A stretch of DNA of 64,000 nt from a virus. Its lineage: Duplodnaviria; Caudoviricetes. Shown here in pieces: positions 17,184 to 25,900 of the stretch (position 1 is the stretch's first letter; every line of letters begins with the position of its first letter). The position numbers and the translations under genes were made by a program. The stretch spans positions 32,001-96,000 of the IMG/VR virus record IMGVR_UViG_3300030330_006525; one strand, given 5' to 3'. Below the pieces are notes generated by a model. That model did no database searches and was not told the DNA's origin. It worked only from the letters and a program-made list of their open reading frames with translations.

Positions 17184-17424
17184 CTAATACTCCATTTAAT
17201 TCGCTAAAACCACCAATAAAACTTGTCTCTCCTGTCTCAACATCGTTCTCTACGATAATTGGAACAGTATTATGATTATAAAACTCTTTTACTTCTGATA
17301 AAAATTCAGTATCATTATCCAAATTAAACTCATAAAACTCTGTGCCTTGTTCTGTTAATAGTTCCTTTGTCGAACTACAAAAATTACAATCAGACAAGGT
17401 ATAGATTATATATCTCTTAGCCAT
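17149..17424 (-). CDS. Glutaredoxin-like protein
   Basis: CNFC, TVPII, FIGGFSEL. Confidence 0.9.
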   Translation of the reverse strand: MAKRYIIYTLSDCNFCSSTKELLTEQGTEFYEFNLDNDTEFLSEVKEFYNHNTVPIIVENDVETGETSFIGGFSELNGVLDVNRMCTITYK

Positions 17425-17713
17425 TTAAAAGATTCCTTCCTGTTGATATCTTTTCTCTAATTTCAATTGGTGAACCCAACACTGTAAGTTCTGAAGAGTT
17501 GTTCCCCTTTGATACAGTCACCGAAGAAAGAGACTGCGACTCTGTAATCTTGCCTTCTCTTAAAAGGCTTGAGCGAATCGAACGATTAGAAAACTCTTTT
17601 ATCAATACTATATGAGTTGGATTAATAAAAACACTTTTAACAGAATAGTTTGTTCTAGCCTCGATGCTCCTTCCATATGTATTAATTGTAATTACTTCTT
17701 TAAGCTCGATCAT
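17417..17713 (-). CDS. FlbD/SwrD-like small protein
   Basis: MIELKE...VFINPTHIVLIKE...VLGSPIEIREKI. Confidence 0.55.
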   Translation of the reverse strand: MIELKEVITINTYGRSIEARTNYSVKSVFINPTHIVLIKEFSNRSIRSSLLREGKITESQSLSSVTVSKGNNSSELTVLGSPIEIREKISTGRNLLNG

Positions 17714-17939
17714 ATTTTACTCCCCTTTCTATATTATAATATACGTCTGCTTTTCTTACAAACCAAAAATCATTATCAACCATTACTTTGTAATATTTAT
17801 CTTGTTTAGAATCAGCCAACAAATATACTTTTGGTTCTTTGGATACAATGAACTTCTTAACACAATCATCCTCCAACCTTATCTTAAAGAAATAAGTGTT
17901 AGCTGGTATATGTATTAAATCACCCCTCTTCAGTTGCAT
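17700..17939 (-). CDS. KOW/SH3-like protein
   Basis: MQLKRGDLIHIP...YYKVMV...WFVRKADV. Confidence 0.7.
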   Translation of the reverse strand: MQLKRGDLIHIPANTYFFKIRLEDDCVKKFIVSKEPKVYLLADSKQDKYYKVMVDNDFWFVRKADVYYNIERGVKYDRA

Positions 17940-18213
17940 CTTCCGGGGCCTCTGAGTTTGGGAATTTTGTTGAAATGTAATCTGATAATATGGAATAACA
18001 GTCATTAACAACAAGCGAGCACTCATAAATTGTAGCGTTCATCTCTTGCAGGGATTTAGTTGCATTCAACATATCATCTAATGCTATTTGCTTTTTACAA
18101 TTGGCAAGAATTTTAGAAAATTTCTCAACCTTTGGAGATATATTTCCCAGCATCTTAGCAGTCTCAACAGGAATCTCATCCAAGTCAACCGTATACGCTA
18201 TCTTTACTTTCAT
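17920..18213 (-). CDS. Hypothetical protein
   Basis: GAGG SD; promoter at 18235-18263. Confidence 0.7.
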   Translation of the reverse strand: MKVKIAYTVDLDEIPVETAKMLGNISPKVEKFSKILANCKKQIALDDMLNATKSLQEMNATIYECSLVVNDCYSILSDYISTKFPNSEAPEDATEEG

Positions 18214-18234
18214 AAAACCTCTTTCTATTTTTCA

Positions 18235-18263
18235 ATAATAACTTACTTTTTTATCAATGTCAA
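18235..18263 (-). promoter_or_regulatory. Sigma70-like promoter TTGACA-N17-TATTAT
   Basis: -35 overlaps the TGA of the upstream gene. Confidence 0.75.
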
Positions 18264-18520
18264 GGTAAATATTTCAAAACAACTGCTGAAACGAGACCTG
18301 TCATGGCCGTGAAAAGTGTCCATATTAGCTTTGTGGATGTGGCCTTCCATGCCTCAAGTTGTCTAATCCTAGCATATAAACCTTGGTCAGGATTATAAAC
18401 TGCCTCTTTAATCTTCGATACATCACTAGCAACCATCTCTTGACGCTCTTTCATTGCCTCAACACCTTGGCACAAACGATCAATCTTGATTCCCAATTGT
18501 AATAATGGATCTTCTGGCAT
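18260..18520 (-). CDS. Coiled-coil protein with C-terminal TM helix (XhlA/holin-like architecture)
   Basis: Heptad pattern, GLYARIRQLE, hydrophobic C-terminus. Confidence 0.55.
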   Translation of the reverse strand: MPEDPLLQLGIKIDRLCQGVEAMKERQEMVASDVSKIKEAVYNPDQGLYARIRQLEAWKATSTKLIWTLFTAMTGLVSAVVLKYLP

Positions 18521-18573
18521 GCTTATGTCCCTCCGTAGGATTTTTATGGAAAGCCCCTATACATTATATAGTA

Positions 18574-20145
18574 TCAGTTATGGACTATCGCATTGTTTGT
18601 TGTAATTAAAGTACCGGCAACTGACACTGCATTTTGCAATGCCGACTTTGTTACTTTCACAGGGTCAATTACACCAGCGTTCCTAAGATTGCATATATCA
18701 TCTGTCATAAAATTATACCCAATATTCTCTTCTGGAACCAATCTTATTTCTATCTCTTCTGGTACTGATGAGTTGCGACACATTGTTTTGAAAGGAACTG
18801 TTAAAGCCTCTGACAATATCGCTAATCCTACTTCTTGCTCTTCGCTTTCACATGTAACACTGTTAACTAATTCTTCAGAAATGCCTAGTAGAGTGAGACC
18901 GCCGCCAGTTACAGTACCTTCAGCTATAGCTGCTTTAACAGCTTCCAAAGCATCTTCTATCCTGTGTTTCTTCTCTATCATCTCAACTTCTGTGGCTGCA
19001 CCAACCCTGATTATAACGACCCCACTCGAAAGCCTTGTTACTCTTTCTTGCATCCTTTGTGCAACTCTGTCATCTTCGCAAGATTTTATCTCTTCATTGA
19101 GGTCATCAATCCTAAGCTGTACTTCTTCTAAGTTAGCAGAGCCTCCAACAATTGTTGCTAGAAACTTAGATACTTCAACTGTCTTAGCAGAGCCAAAGTC
19201 ATTCAACTTCACATCTGATAGCTTGTCTCCATTAATCTTTTGAAAATACTTGGCCCCAATTGAAAGCGCAAGGTCCTTCATAATCTCTATTCTTTCTTCA
19301 CCGTATCGCGGAGCCTTAACACCGGCAACCTTCATTGTTCCTCTGGCAGTATTCATAATCAAAGCAGCAAGGGCCTGACCTTTGATATCATCTGCAACAA
19401 TAACAAGTGGGCGGTTTTCTCTGGCGGCAACTTCCAAAGCTGGAAGAACCTGGTCAATAGTTTCTAAGATTGTGTCTGTCAATAGAAAGATGGGGTTGTC
19501 ATATCTAACAATCCCTCTCCGTTCATCAGTCACAAAAGAGTTGGAAAGGAAACCAGAATCGAACTTAAACCCTTCTTCGAGGTCTAGGCTAGTTTCTAAA
19601 GACTTGGCTTCTTGAATAGTGATTGAACCCCCTCTACCAACACGGTCAACTGCCAGAGAGATTAACTCCCCAATAGCTTTGTCATTGTTGGCAGAAATGG
19701 TTGCAATGTTTGTAATCTGTTCTTCGCTTGTAATTTGAACTGCCAATTCTTCCAACCTTTGACAGCAGAACTCCAAGCCTTTATTCAACCCTCTTTGGAT
19801 TTCAACTGGGGAAACGCCAGCGTCGATATGCTCTTGTGCAGCGTTAAAGATAGCTTGAGTTAAAACTGTGGAGGTTGTGGTGCCATCGCCAGCATCCGTG
19901 TTAGTCTGCGCTGAAGCCTCTTTGATGATGGTTGCTGCAACATTTGCAACAGGGTCATCATCAACCTTAAAATGCTTTGCAACAGTTACGCCGTCTTTCG
20001 TAATAAATGGCCTGCGCTTTTCTTCTTTGATTAAGACATTTCGACCTTTAGGTCCAAGAGTAGAGGAAACAAAGTCCGCTAACTTATTAACACCGAGACG
20101 CAAAGATTCCTTGAGAGAATCCTCATTCGACAAAATGGTAGACAA
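18574..20145 (-). CDS. groEL: Chaperonin GroEL (no GGM tail)
   Basis: TLGPKGRNV, ITKDGVTVAK, AGDGTTT, VKAPRYGE, RIEDAL, IDPVKV. Confidence 0.97.
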   Translation of the reverse strand: MSTILSNEDSLKESLRLGVNKLADFVSSTLGPKGRNVLIKEEKRRPFITKDGVTVAKHFKVDDDPVANVAATIIKEASAQTNTDAGDGTTTSTVLTQAIFNAAQEHIDAGVSPVEIQRGLNKGLEFCCQRLEELAVQITSEEQITNIATISANNDKAIGELISLAVDRVGRGGSITIQEAKSLETSLDLEEGFKFDSGFLSNSFVTDERRGIVRYDNPIFLLTDTILETIDQVLPALEVAARENRPLVIVADDIKGQALAALIMNTARGTMKVAGVKAPRYGEERIEIMKDLALSIGAKYFQKINGDKLSDVKLNDFGSAKTVEVSKFLATIVGGSANLEEVQLRIDDLNEEIKSCEDDRVAQRMQERVTRLSSGVVIIRVGAATEVEMIEKKHRIEDALEAVKAAIAEGTVTGGGLTLLGISEELVNSVTCESEEQEVGLAILSEALTVPFKTMCRNSSVPEEIEIRLVPEENIGYNFMTDDICNLRNAGVIDPVKVTKSALQNAVSVAGTLITTNNAIVHN

Positions 20146-20173
20146 TTCACACCTTCCTTTATTTTATATTATT

Positions 20174-20202
20174 ATTATAAACACCGATTATATATTTGTC
20201 AA
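20174..20202 (-). promoter_or_regulatory. Sigma70 promoter TTGACA-N17-TATAAT for groEL
   Basis: Perfect consensus. Confidence 0.85.
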
Positions 20203-20207
20203 CTGTT

Positions 20208-21521
20208 TTATTCAGAAAAATCAAAACTTGTTTGACTATCGTCTTTGCTTAATTGGCTAGCCAAGTTTTCTTCTATAGATTTCGCAGCTGCTTTAGCACC
20301 GTCCCCGGCTGCCATTGCTTTTGAGCGGTCCTCTTGTGAAAAGTAAGCACCAATATTATTAGTCAATTCTTGTGTTGATTCTAAAAGCTGTAATATTGAA
20401 TCTCCCAATTTCTTGGCATAGATATCTGCCAACTGATTCATTCGTGCCTCAGTAAAATCGAGACCGTCACCATGCTTTGTTAGGTTAATCTTCTTGCCCA
20501 AAGAATTCATCATAGTTGCACTAACCTCCCATTGAGAATCAGACGCCTCAGTTAACAACATTTTGTTTTCGCGCAAATGAAAATTCTCTTTCACTTCTAT
20601 CTCTCCATCGCCATCGGCTTTAGCAGCAAGGTTAGAAACGCTATCACCTAGAGGCGTCTTCAATAACCCCTTCGAGGTATATCCCTTTGTGGACATAAAC
20701 ATCTTAGCAATTGCTACTTCATCTCCAGATGCGATTACTTTCTTAGCTTTCCTGGGCGAGACGGGATCAAGTAGCCCCTTGGTTGTGCCTGTACCGCCCA
20801 TAACAAAATCTACTAAGTTAGCTTTAGTTATATCAAAATCATAAATTTCCAGTTTACCAACACTACCTTTATCGCCTGTATCTTTGTTGCCACCTTCATA
20901 TGTCTTGTATGCTATAAGATACTTAATAGAATCAGCTCCACGAACAAACAAGAAATCAACTAAATTAGTAAAGCTACCTTTTATTCCTGTTTTGGGACTC
21001 AACAGTTTCAAACTAACTGGAACGCCTTCCCCAAACTGGTCAAAAGCTACAAAGTCTTCGATTGGTAGTGTGCCCTGAACTTTGCTTGTTTGTTGGCTTC
21101 CACCCATAAGTGCGGCCATGAATGCTTCGAAAACAAATCCAGCTGAAGATTCCGTGAAGTGATTCATCGATGCTCGTAGTGCCTCTACAATCATCATAGT
21201 GTTTATGATAACTCGGGGCGATGTTCTTCTCTCTGCGCTTTCGGGGTCCAGAAACTTGTTAATAAAGTCAATACGTTCAGCTATGTTTGCACCACCAGTA
21301 ACAACTCTGAAGATGTCGTTAACCTGTTGTCTTTCTAAGTTGTTAGGATTGCCCCACGCTTCCGATGGAGACATCTTGGGAAGTACCATCAAGAACTTCT
21401 TGCCAGAAGAATCAACCTCTTCTTTTATAAGAAAGTTCTTATCTAAGTTTTCCTCTATCATAGAAAAAATTTGATTGAATGTTTTATTGTTGCGATTCTT
21501 GTATTCTTTTAGCCAATCCAT
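20208..21521 (-). CDS. Phage protein with restriction-endonuclease-like (PD-(D/E)xK) core; possible virion protein
   Basis: GFVFEAFMAAL...IED...VSLKLL; LIKE/LTE motifs; CTAATTA upstream. Confidence 0.45.
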   Translation of the reverse strand: MDWLKEYKNRNNKTFNQIFSMIEENLDKNFLIKEEVDSSGKKFLMVLPKMSPSEAWGNPNNLERQQVNDIFRVVTGGANIAERIDFINKFLDPESAERRTSPRVIINTMMIVEALRASMNHFTESSAGFVFEAFMAALMGGSQQTSKVQGTLPIEDFVAFDQFGEGVPVSLKLLSPKTGIKGSFTNLVDFLFVRGADSIKYLIAYKTYEGGNKDTGDKGSVGKLEIYDFDITKANLVDFVMGGTGTTKGLLDPVSPRKAKKVIASGDEVAIAKMFMSTKGYTSKGLLKTPLGDSVSNLAAKADGDGEIEVKENFHLRENKMLLTEASDSQWEVSATMMNSLGKKINLTKHGDGLDFTEARMNQLADIYAKKLGDSILQLLESTQELTNNIGAYFSQEDRSKAMAAGDGAKAAAKSIEENLASQLSKDDSQTSFDFSE

Positions 21522-21544
21522 TGATTATACCTCTTTATTATTAA

Positions 21545-22219
21545 TTAGATAATGATATCTGCAATCCCACAATTAACTGCCTCTTCTGCTGACAGATAAA
21601 CATCTAGCTGATTCTTTAGCATCTTTTTTATCTTTGATGGTGTTAGTTTTGTATTCTCTGCCAAGCAGCTTATATATCTTTCCTGAAGCCACTTAATCTC
21701 TTCCATTTCATTTTCAAGACTTAAAACATTGCCGTGATAAGCTGCAGTTACGCCATGTATCATAACTCTACAGTTTCTACCTATCTTTCTCATTCCTTTT
21801 GTGCCTGCGGCTAACAAAGGAACGCCAGCAGACATTACTTTGCCAAGAGCTTTGGTTTCGATATCGCACTCTCCTGATACGTCTTTCATACAATCGACCA
21901 TTGCAAACATCTCTGCCAAAGAACCACCGTATGTTGAAATGATAAACTCTATCTTAGGGCGCGTCGGTTCTTCTTCACCCTTTTCATAGGCATCAACAAT
22001 TGATTGATTAATCAACAACTCCCTAACTGCATAAAAAGCTGAAACTATTTCAAATGACTTTTCTTCTGTTACGTCTCCATAAAGAGCAATTGTCTTGAGA
22101 AAGTCTTTTGTAGAGCTGTCAATATTGTTTACGATTAGTATTTGCTTATCGCTAAGTGCTTCTAGCCCAGTTTCTTCTGTTTGTTCCAGAGCCGGTTCTT
22201 CTTCATTTTTTTCTTGCAT
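21545..22219 (-). CDS. clpP: ClpP-family serine protease
   Basis: ISTYGGS, GKVMSAG (Ser), RVMIHG (His), DVYLSAEEAVNCGIAD. Confidence 0.9.
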   Translation of the reverse strand: MQEKNEEEPALEQTEETGLEALSDKQILIVNNIDSSTKDFLKTIALYGDVTEEKSFEIVSAFYAVRELLINQSIVDAYEKGEEEPTRPKIEFIISTYGGSLAEMFAMVDCMKDVSGECDIETKALGKVMSAGVPLLAAGTKGMRKIGRNCRVMIHGVTAAYHGNVLSLENEMEEIKWLQERYISCLAENTKLTPSKIKKMLKNQLDVYLSAEEAVNCGIADIII

Positions 22220-22496
22220 TCAGAATTCGCCTTTTGCCTGTCTTAGTAATTAGTTCAACTCTATAATCTAACTTCTTGATTAATTCTTTAAACTCTTTCT
22301 CTGAAGAAAACTCCCTTTTTATAATAGAGATATTTTCCTTTTTTGTTGGATTCCAACCCGAACCAGACTCGCTGCCTTTAATCTGACTGAGAATCCTATT
22401 CAGCTCCATCTTTTTCTTCCAGTGAATTTGGAAAGTGTAAGTCAAAGTTTCAATCGAATCTGAGACTTTATCATTTTTCCATACCGATATTTCCAT
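22203..22496 (-). CDS. Hypothetical protein
   Basis: Coupled ORF. Confidence 0.65.
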   Translation of the reverse strand: MEISVWKNDKVSDSIETLTYTFQIHWKKKMELNRILSQIKGSESGSGWNPTKKENISIIKREFSSEKEFKELIKKLDYRVELITKTGKRRILNARKK

Positions 22497-22881
22497 TACG
22501 CAACTCCTTTCTGGTTTTTTCTAATTCTCGTTTTAGCCATGGATCTAAATATCTATTGTATCTTGGTGGTACTTTTATCAAGAACTTAAGTAAGACGTTT
22601 CTTCTCCAGTTTATATACTGAAGATTATCGAAACGTTCTATTACCTCTACATCCTTAAAGACATGTGGCTTCTCTTCCATCAATTCTCTTGCGATTCTCT
22701 TTCTTATTCTGACAAATACAGAATAATTATTATCAGTTACCTTTAGTAGGTTTATTAGAGAGCCTTCCACATCTTTGAATATGGATACGAATTTATATAT
22801 TTTTAAGAATGAAGAGGTTATTGAGTAGCAAAGCGCACCCAATAAAAACCAAAACATATTTCCAAGTAACTCAATTTCCAT
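22471..22881 (-). CDS. Hypothetical protein with N-terminal TM helix
   Basis: MFWFLLGALCYSIT; promoter TTGACA-N16-TATAAT at 22888-22915. Confidence 0.65.
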   Translation of the reverse strand: MEIELLGNMFWFLLGALCYSITSSFLKIYKFVSIFKDVEGSLINLLKVTDNNYSVFVRIRKRIARELMEEKPHVFKDVEVIERFDNLQYINWRRNVLLKFLIKVPPRYNRYLDPWLKRELEKTRKELRNGNIGMEK

Positions 22882-22916
22882 ATTTATATTATAACTTATT
22901 ATTTCTCTATGTCAAT

Positions 22917-22947
22917 ATAAAAAAACCCCTCGAATAACCGAGGGGTT
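22917..22947 (-). terminator. Rho-independent terminator AACCCCTCG-loop-CGAGGGGTT-TTTTT
   Basis: 9-bp stem plus U-tract. Confidence 0.85.
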
Positions 22948-22975
22948 AATTATTTTCAATAGGAGTTTCAAGAAC

Positions 22976-23545
22976 TTATTTGTTCTTTAGTTTTTCTGCA
23001 ACGATTCTCTTGGCAACTCTCTTGTAGATTTCGTTAACCAAATCGTCTACATCTTCACCTTCTTCCATTGGAGGCAACTCTGCTGCGTCGTCCCCCTCCT
23101 CGTCATCCATGGGCATCTCCATGTCGTCACCGGCTTCATCCTCGTCTCCCATAGCTGCAGCTAATTTCTGACCTAGAGAAATTAATAGCTGTGCTTCTTC
23201 GTCAGATAATGAAACATCTTCATCTTCCATGTCGCCTTCCATGTCAGCCTCTTCGTCGTCATCACGCTCGCCAGAGTGCATGCCATAACCTTCTTCAACT
23301 TCCTCTTCAGCTTCTTCAAGCTCTTCGGTTTCGTTGTTCTCTTTCTTCACATCCTCTTCATCCTCATCGCGTGTGCCGCAATGGGCTTCATCAAGTTCTT
23401 CCTCGGCGGCCTCATTGACCTCTTCCTCTGCGGCTTCATTAACTTCCTCTTCGTCAGTCTCGTTAATATTGACTGATGGGATTGAAGCTAACTTCTGAAA
23501 ACGTCTAATAGTGGACTCATTTAGTAATTTCTTGTTATCGCTCAT
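22976..23545 (-). CDS. Highly acidic low-complexity protein; probable prohead core/scaffold-type protein
   Basis: LLNESTIRRFQKLA, tandem EEEVNEAA repeats, many (L/I/V)xE sites. Confidence 0.55.
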   Translation of the reverse strand: MSDNKKLLNESTIRRFQKLASIPSVNINETDEEEVNEAAEEEVNEAAEEELDEAHCGTRDEDEEDVKKENNETEELEEAEEEVEEGYGMHSGERDDDEEADMEGDMEDEDVSLSDEEAQLLISLGQKLAAAMGDEDEAGDDMEMPMDDEEGDDAAELPPMEEGEDVDDLVNEIYKRVAKRIVAEKLKNK

Positions 23546-23587
23546 TTAAAATACTCCTATTGTTTATTAAATGTCACTAGTAAATAG

Positions 23588-23851
23588 TTATTTTATTTTT
23601 AAAAAGTTTGCTTTTTTTTGAATCTTTTTCAATGCTTCTGCTTCTATCTGTTTTATTCTAACTAGACTCAAGCCCAGTCTTTCGCCTACATCTTTTAAAG
23701 TCATAGAGCCATTTAGATGTATTGATATTAAACTGCAGTTCTGTTCCTTATCATAATCTATCCAATATTTACATTTTGATTGTGTACAGCCTGCACCATC
23801 CTTCAAGCAAGAACGGGCACATGGTGTAAGTCCATCTTCTTTTTTCTTCAT
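23588..23851 (-). CDS. Stand-alone sigma70 region-4 HTH with Cys-rich N-terminus
   Basis: MTLKDVGERLGLSLVRIKQIEAEALKKI; CARSC...C...KC...NC. Confidence 0.8.
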   Translation of the reverse strand: MKKKEDGLTPCARSCLKDGAGCTQSKCKYWIDYDKEQNCSLISIHLNGSMTLKDVGERLGLSLVRIKQIEAEALKKIQKKANFLKIK

Positions 23852-24183
23852 AAATCTCCAATTTCTGTTTCTAACATATCAAATATTGTATCCTTATCTT
23901 CTTCTGATAGTGTATATGATTTTTCATTATCTATGCCATCTTCTATTAATCTTCTAGTTGTTTTAATTTTCTGCTTTCCTTGTTTTGCTAATTCGTATTT
24001 ATACGAATCAATCATGTCAACCATTCTTATATCTTTATCAATATAACAACTAATCAAATATTGAAAGAATTGTTTTTGAGTTATCCCATCGTGCCTCAAC
24101 CTTACAATTAATTTAGCATGACGCTCATCTGTGTCTGCAAAAACAATCTTCTTTTCATTATCTCCGTAAGTTCTATAAGTCAT
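23848..24183 (-). CDS. Hypothetical protein (possible RHH-like DNA binder)
   Basis: KKIVF...HAKLIVRLRHDGITQKQFF. Confidence 0.55.
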   Translation of the reverse strand: MTYRTYGDNEKKIVFADTDERHAKLIVRLRHDGITQKQFFQYLISCYIDKDIRMVDMIDSYKYELAKQGKQKIKTTRRLIEDGIDNEKSYTLSEEDKDTIFDMLETEIGDL

Positions 24184-25190
24184 TTCTTGTTCAAGATGTG
24201 TGTACGACTCTCGGCCAAGCCTGATATAGATTGACGAATAAATTGGGCTTTAGATTGAAGCTCAGCAATATTCCTGCAACCACTGTAAGAGAGGCCACTT
24301 CTGATATTTTGTCTTAAATTATCTAGGATGTTTATCACGCTACCCTTGTGAGGGATAGTGGTCGAAACACCCTCTAAGGACCTCGCTTCACCTCTCCAAT
24401 CCTTTTGAGCCTCAACACTAGCCATGCCTCTGTATACCTTGTATTGCTTTCCGTCAGCAGACACGAAAGACTCACCAGGAGATTCGTCTGTGCCAGCAAG
24501 TAGCGAACCCAACATAACAAAGTCTGCACCTGCAGCCAAAGACTTAACAATATCACCAGCAGACTTAATGCCACCATCAGCAATAATAGGCACATCACAA
24601 TCAGTTTGGGCGCAATCATATACTGACTGAAAGGTAGGCATACCATGACCTGTTTGAATCCTAGTAGAACATATAGAACCACCACCAATACCAATTCTAA
24701 CTGCGTCAGCACCCCACTCTGCTAAATCTTGATAACCTTCTGGTGTCGCAACGTTTCCAGCTATAATTGATACCTCATCTCCAAAGTTCGACTTTAATAG
24801 TTTGATTGTATTCTTCATAAGAGTATGGTGTCCATGAGCTATATCAACACACATAACTCTTACTCCTGCATCGTATAGCTTCCATGCCCTGTCCTCAAAG
24901 TCACCGGAGGCTCCAACTGCAGCACCGACAACTCTAAGTTCAGAATCCTTAACTATGTCGCATTGTTCTTCAATAGTGTTATACCTGTGTATAATTCCCA
25001 AGCCTCCTCTTTCATACATCACACCAGCCATTTCAGCTTCTGTAACTGTATCCATGGGACTAGAAATAATTGGCAAACTAAAGTTTGTATTGCCTATCTT
25101 TCCAGATAAGTCAACTTCGCTTCTAGACTTAATATCACTAGACTGCGGCACTAATAATACATCATCAAACGCCAAAGCTCTTTTAAACAT
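24180..25190 (-). CDS. IMP dehydrogenase / GMP reductase family, no CBS domains
   Basis: [48 protein letters not shown]. Confidence 0.93.
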   Translation of the reverse strand: MFKRALAFDDVLLVPQSSDIKSRSEVDLSGKIGNTNFSLPIISSPMDTVTEAEMAGVMYERGGLGIIHRYNTIEEQCDIVKDSELRVVGAAVGASGDFEDRAWKLYDAGVRVMCVDIAHGHHTLMKNTIKLLKSNFGDEVSIIAGNVATPEGYQDLAEWGADAVRIGIGGGSICSTRIQTGHGMPTFQSVYDCAQTDCDVPIIADGGIKSAGDIVKSLAAGADFVMLGSLLAGTDESPGESFVSADGKQYKVYRGMASVEAQKDWRGEARSLEGVSTTIPHKGSVINILDNLRQNIRSGLSYSGCRNIAELQSKAQFIRQSISGLAESRTHILNKK

Positions 25191-25413
25191 CTTCCCTCTC
25201 CATACAATCTGGACACAACAAATCTACTCTTTGTTCATCCTGATATACTTTTACAACCCATTTCATAGCCATTTGTTTATCCTTTTTATTATATTCTTTT
25301 CCACAAGCATAACATTGCTCGGGCAATAACTCAAACATATTAATCTGTTCTTGCATCTTTTTCTCAAGATTCTTCTTCTTCTTTCTTCGCAATTTTCTAG
25401 AAGCTGATGTCAC
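25183..25413 (-). CDS. Small protein with two CxxC motifs (Zn finger-like)
   Basis: CYAC...CPDC. Confidence 0.65.
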   Translation of the reverse strand: MTSASRKLRRKKKKNLEKKMQEQINMFELLPEQCYACGKEYNKKDKQMAMKWVVKVYQDEQRVDLLCPDCMEREDV

Positions 25414-25862
25414 TAGAAGATACCTGTAGATCCAAAACCACCGTCACCTCTGTCGGTTTCAGTGCCATAAACATTGTCTTCCCCAATCTCTTCAACTTCT
25501 GGAGTTTCAATAGGGACCATCACTGCTTGTGCTAGCTTTTGGCCAGGTTCTATTACTTTGACGGTGTTGCCGATATTGTGTAAGTTAACGAACACTTCAC
25601 CATCATAACCACTGTCAACAACACAGGCCCCAACAACAAGCTGCTGTTTATACGCAACACCTGATTTATTCTTAATCTCAAGCATATATCCAGGCGGTAC
25701 TCCAATCTTTAGACCAGTGGCAAACAACTCTGTATTACCAGGATATACATTCTTAGGTTCATTGTTTTCTGGACAAAAGAACAAATCCATTCCTGCATCT
25801 GTTGGATGTGCTCGCACTGGTAGTTTTGAATTTTCTCTAACTCTAAACACTTTAAGTCTCAT
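25413..25862 (-). CDS. dut: Trimeric dUTPase
   Basis: AGMDL, KSG, VVDSGYDGE, LAQ, RGDGGFGSTG. Confidence 0.96.
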   Translation of the reverse strand: MRLKVFRVRENSKLPVRAHPTDAGMDLFFCPENNEPKNVYPGNTELFATGLKIGVPPGYMLEIKNKSGVAYKQQLVVGACVVDSGYDGEVFVNLHNIGNTVKVIEPGQKLAQAVMVPIETPEVEEIGEDNVYGTETDRGDGGFGSTGIF

Positions 25863-25900
25863 ATTGTTTCCTTTCTTGTATTATAATATAACTTAATGAT

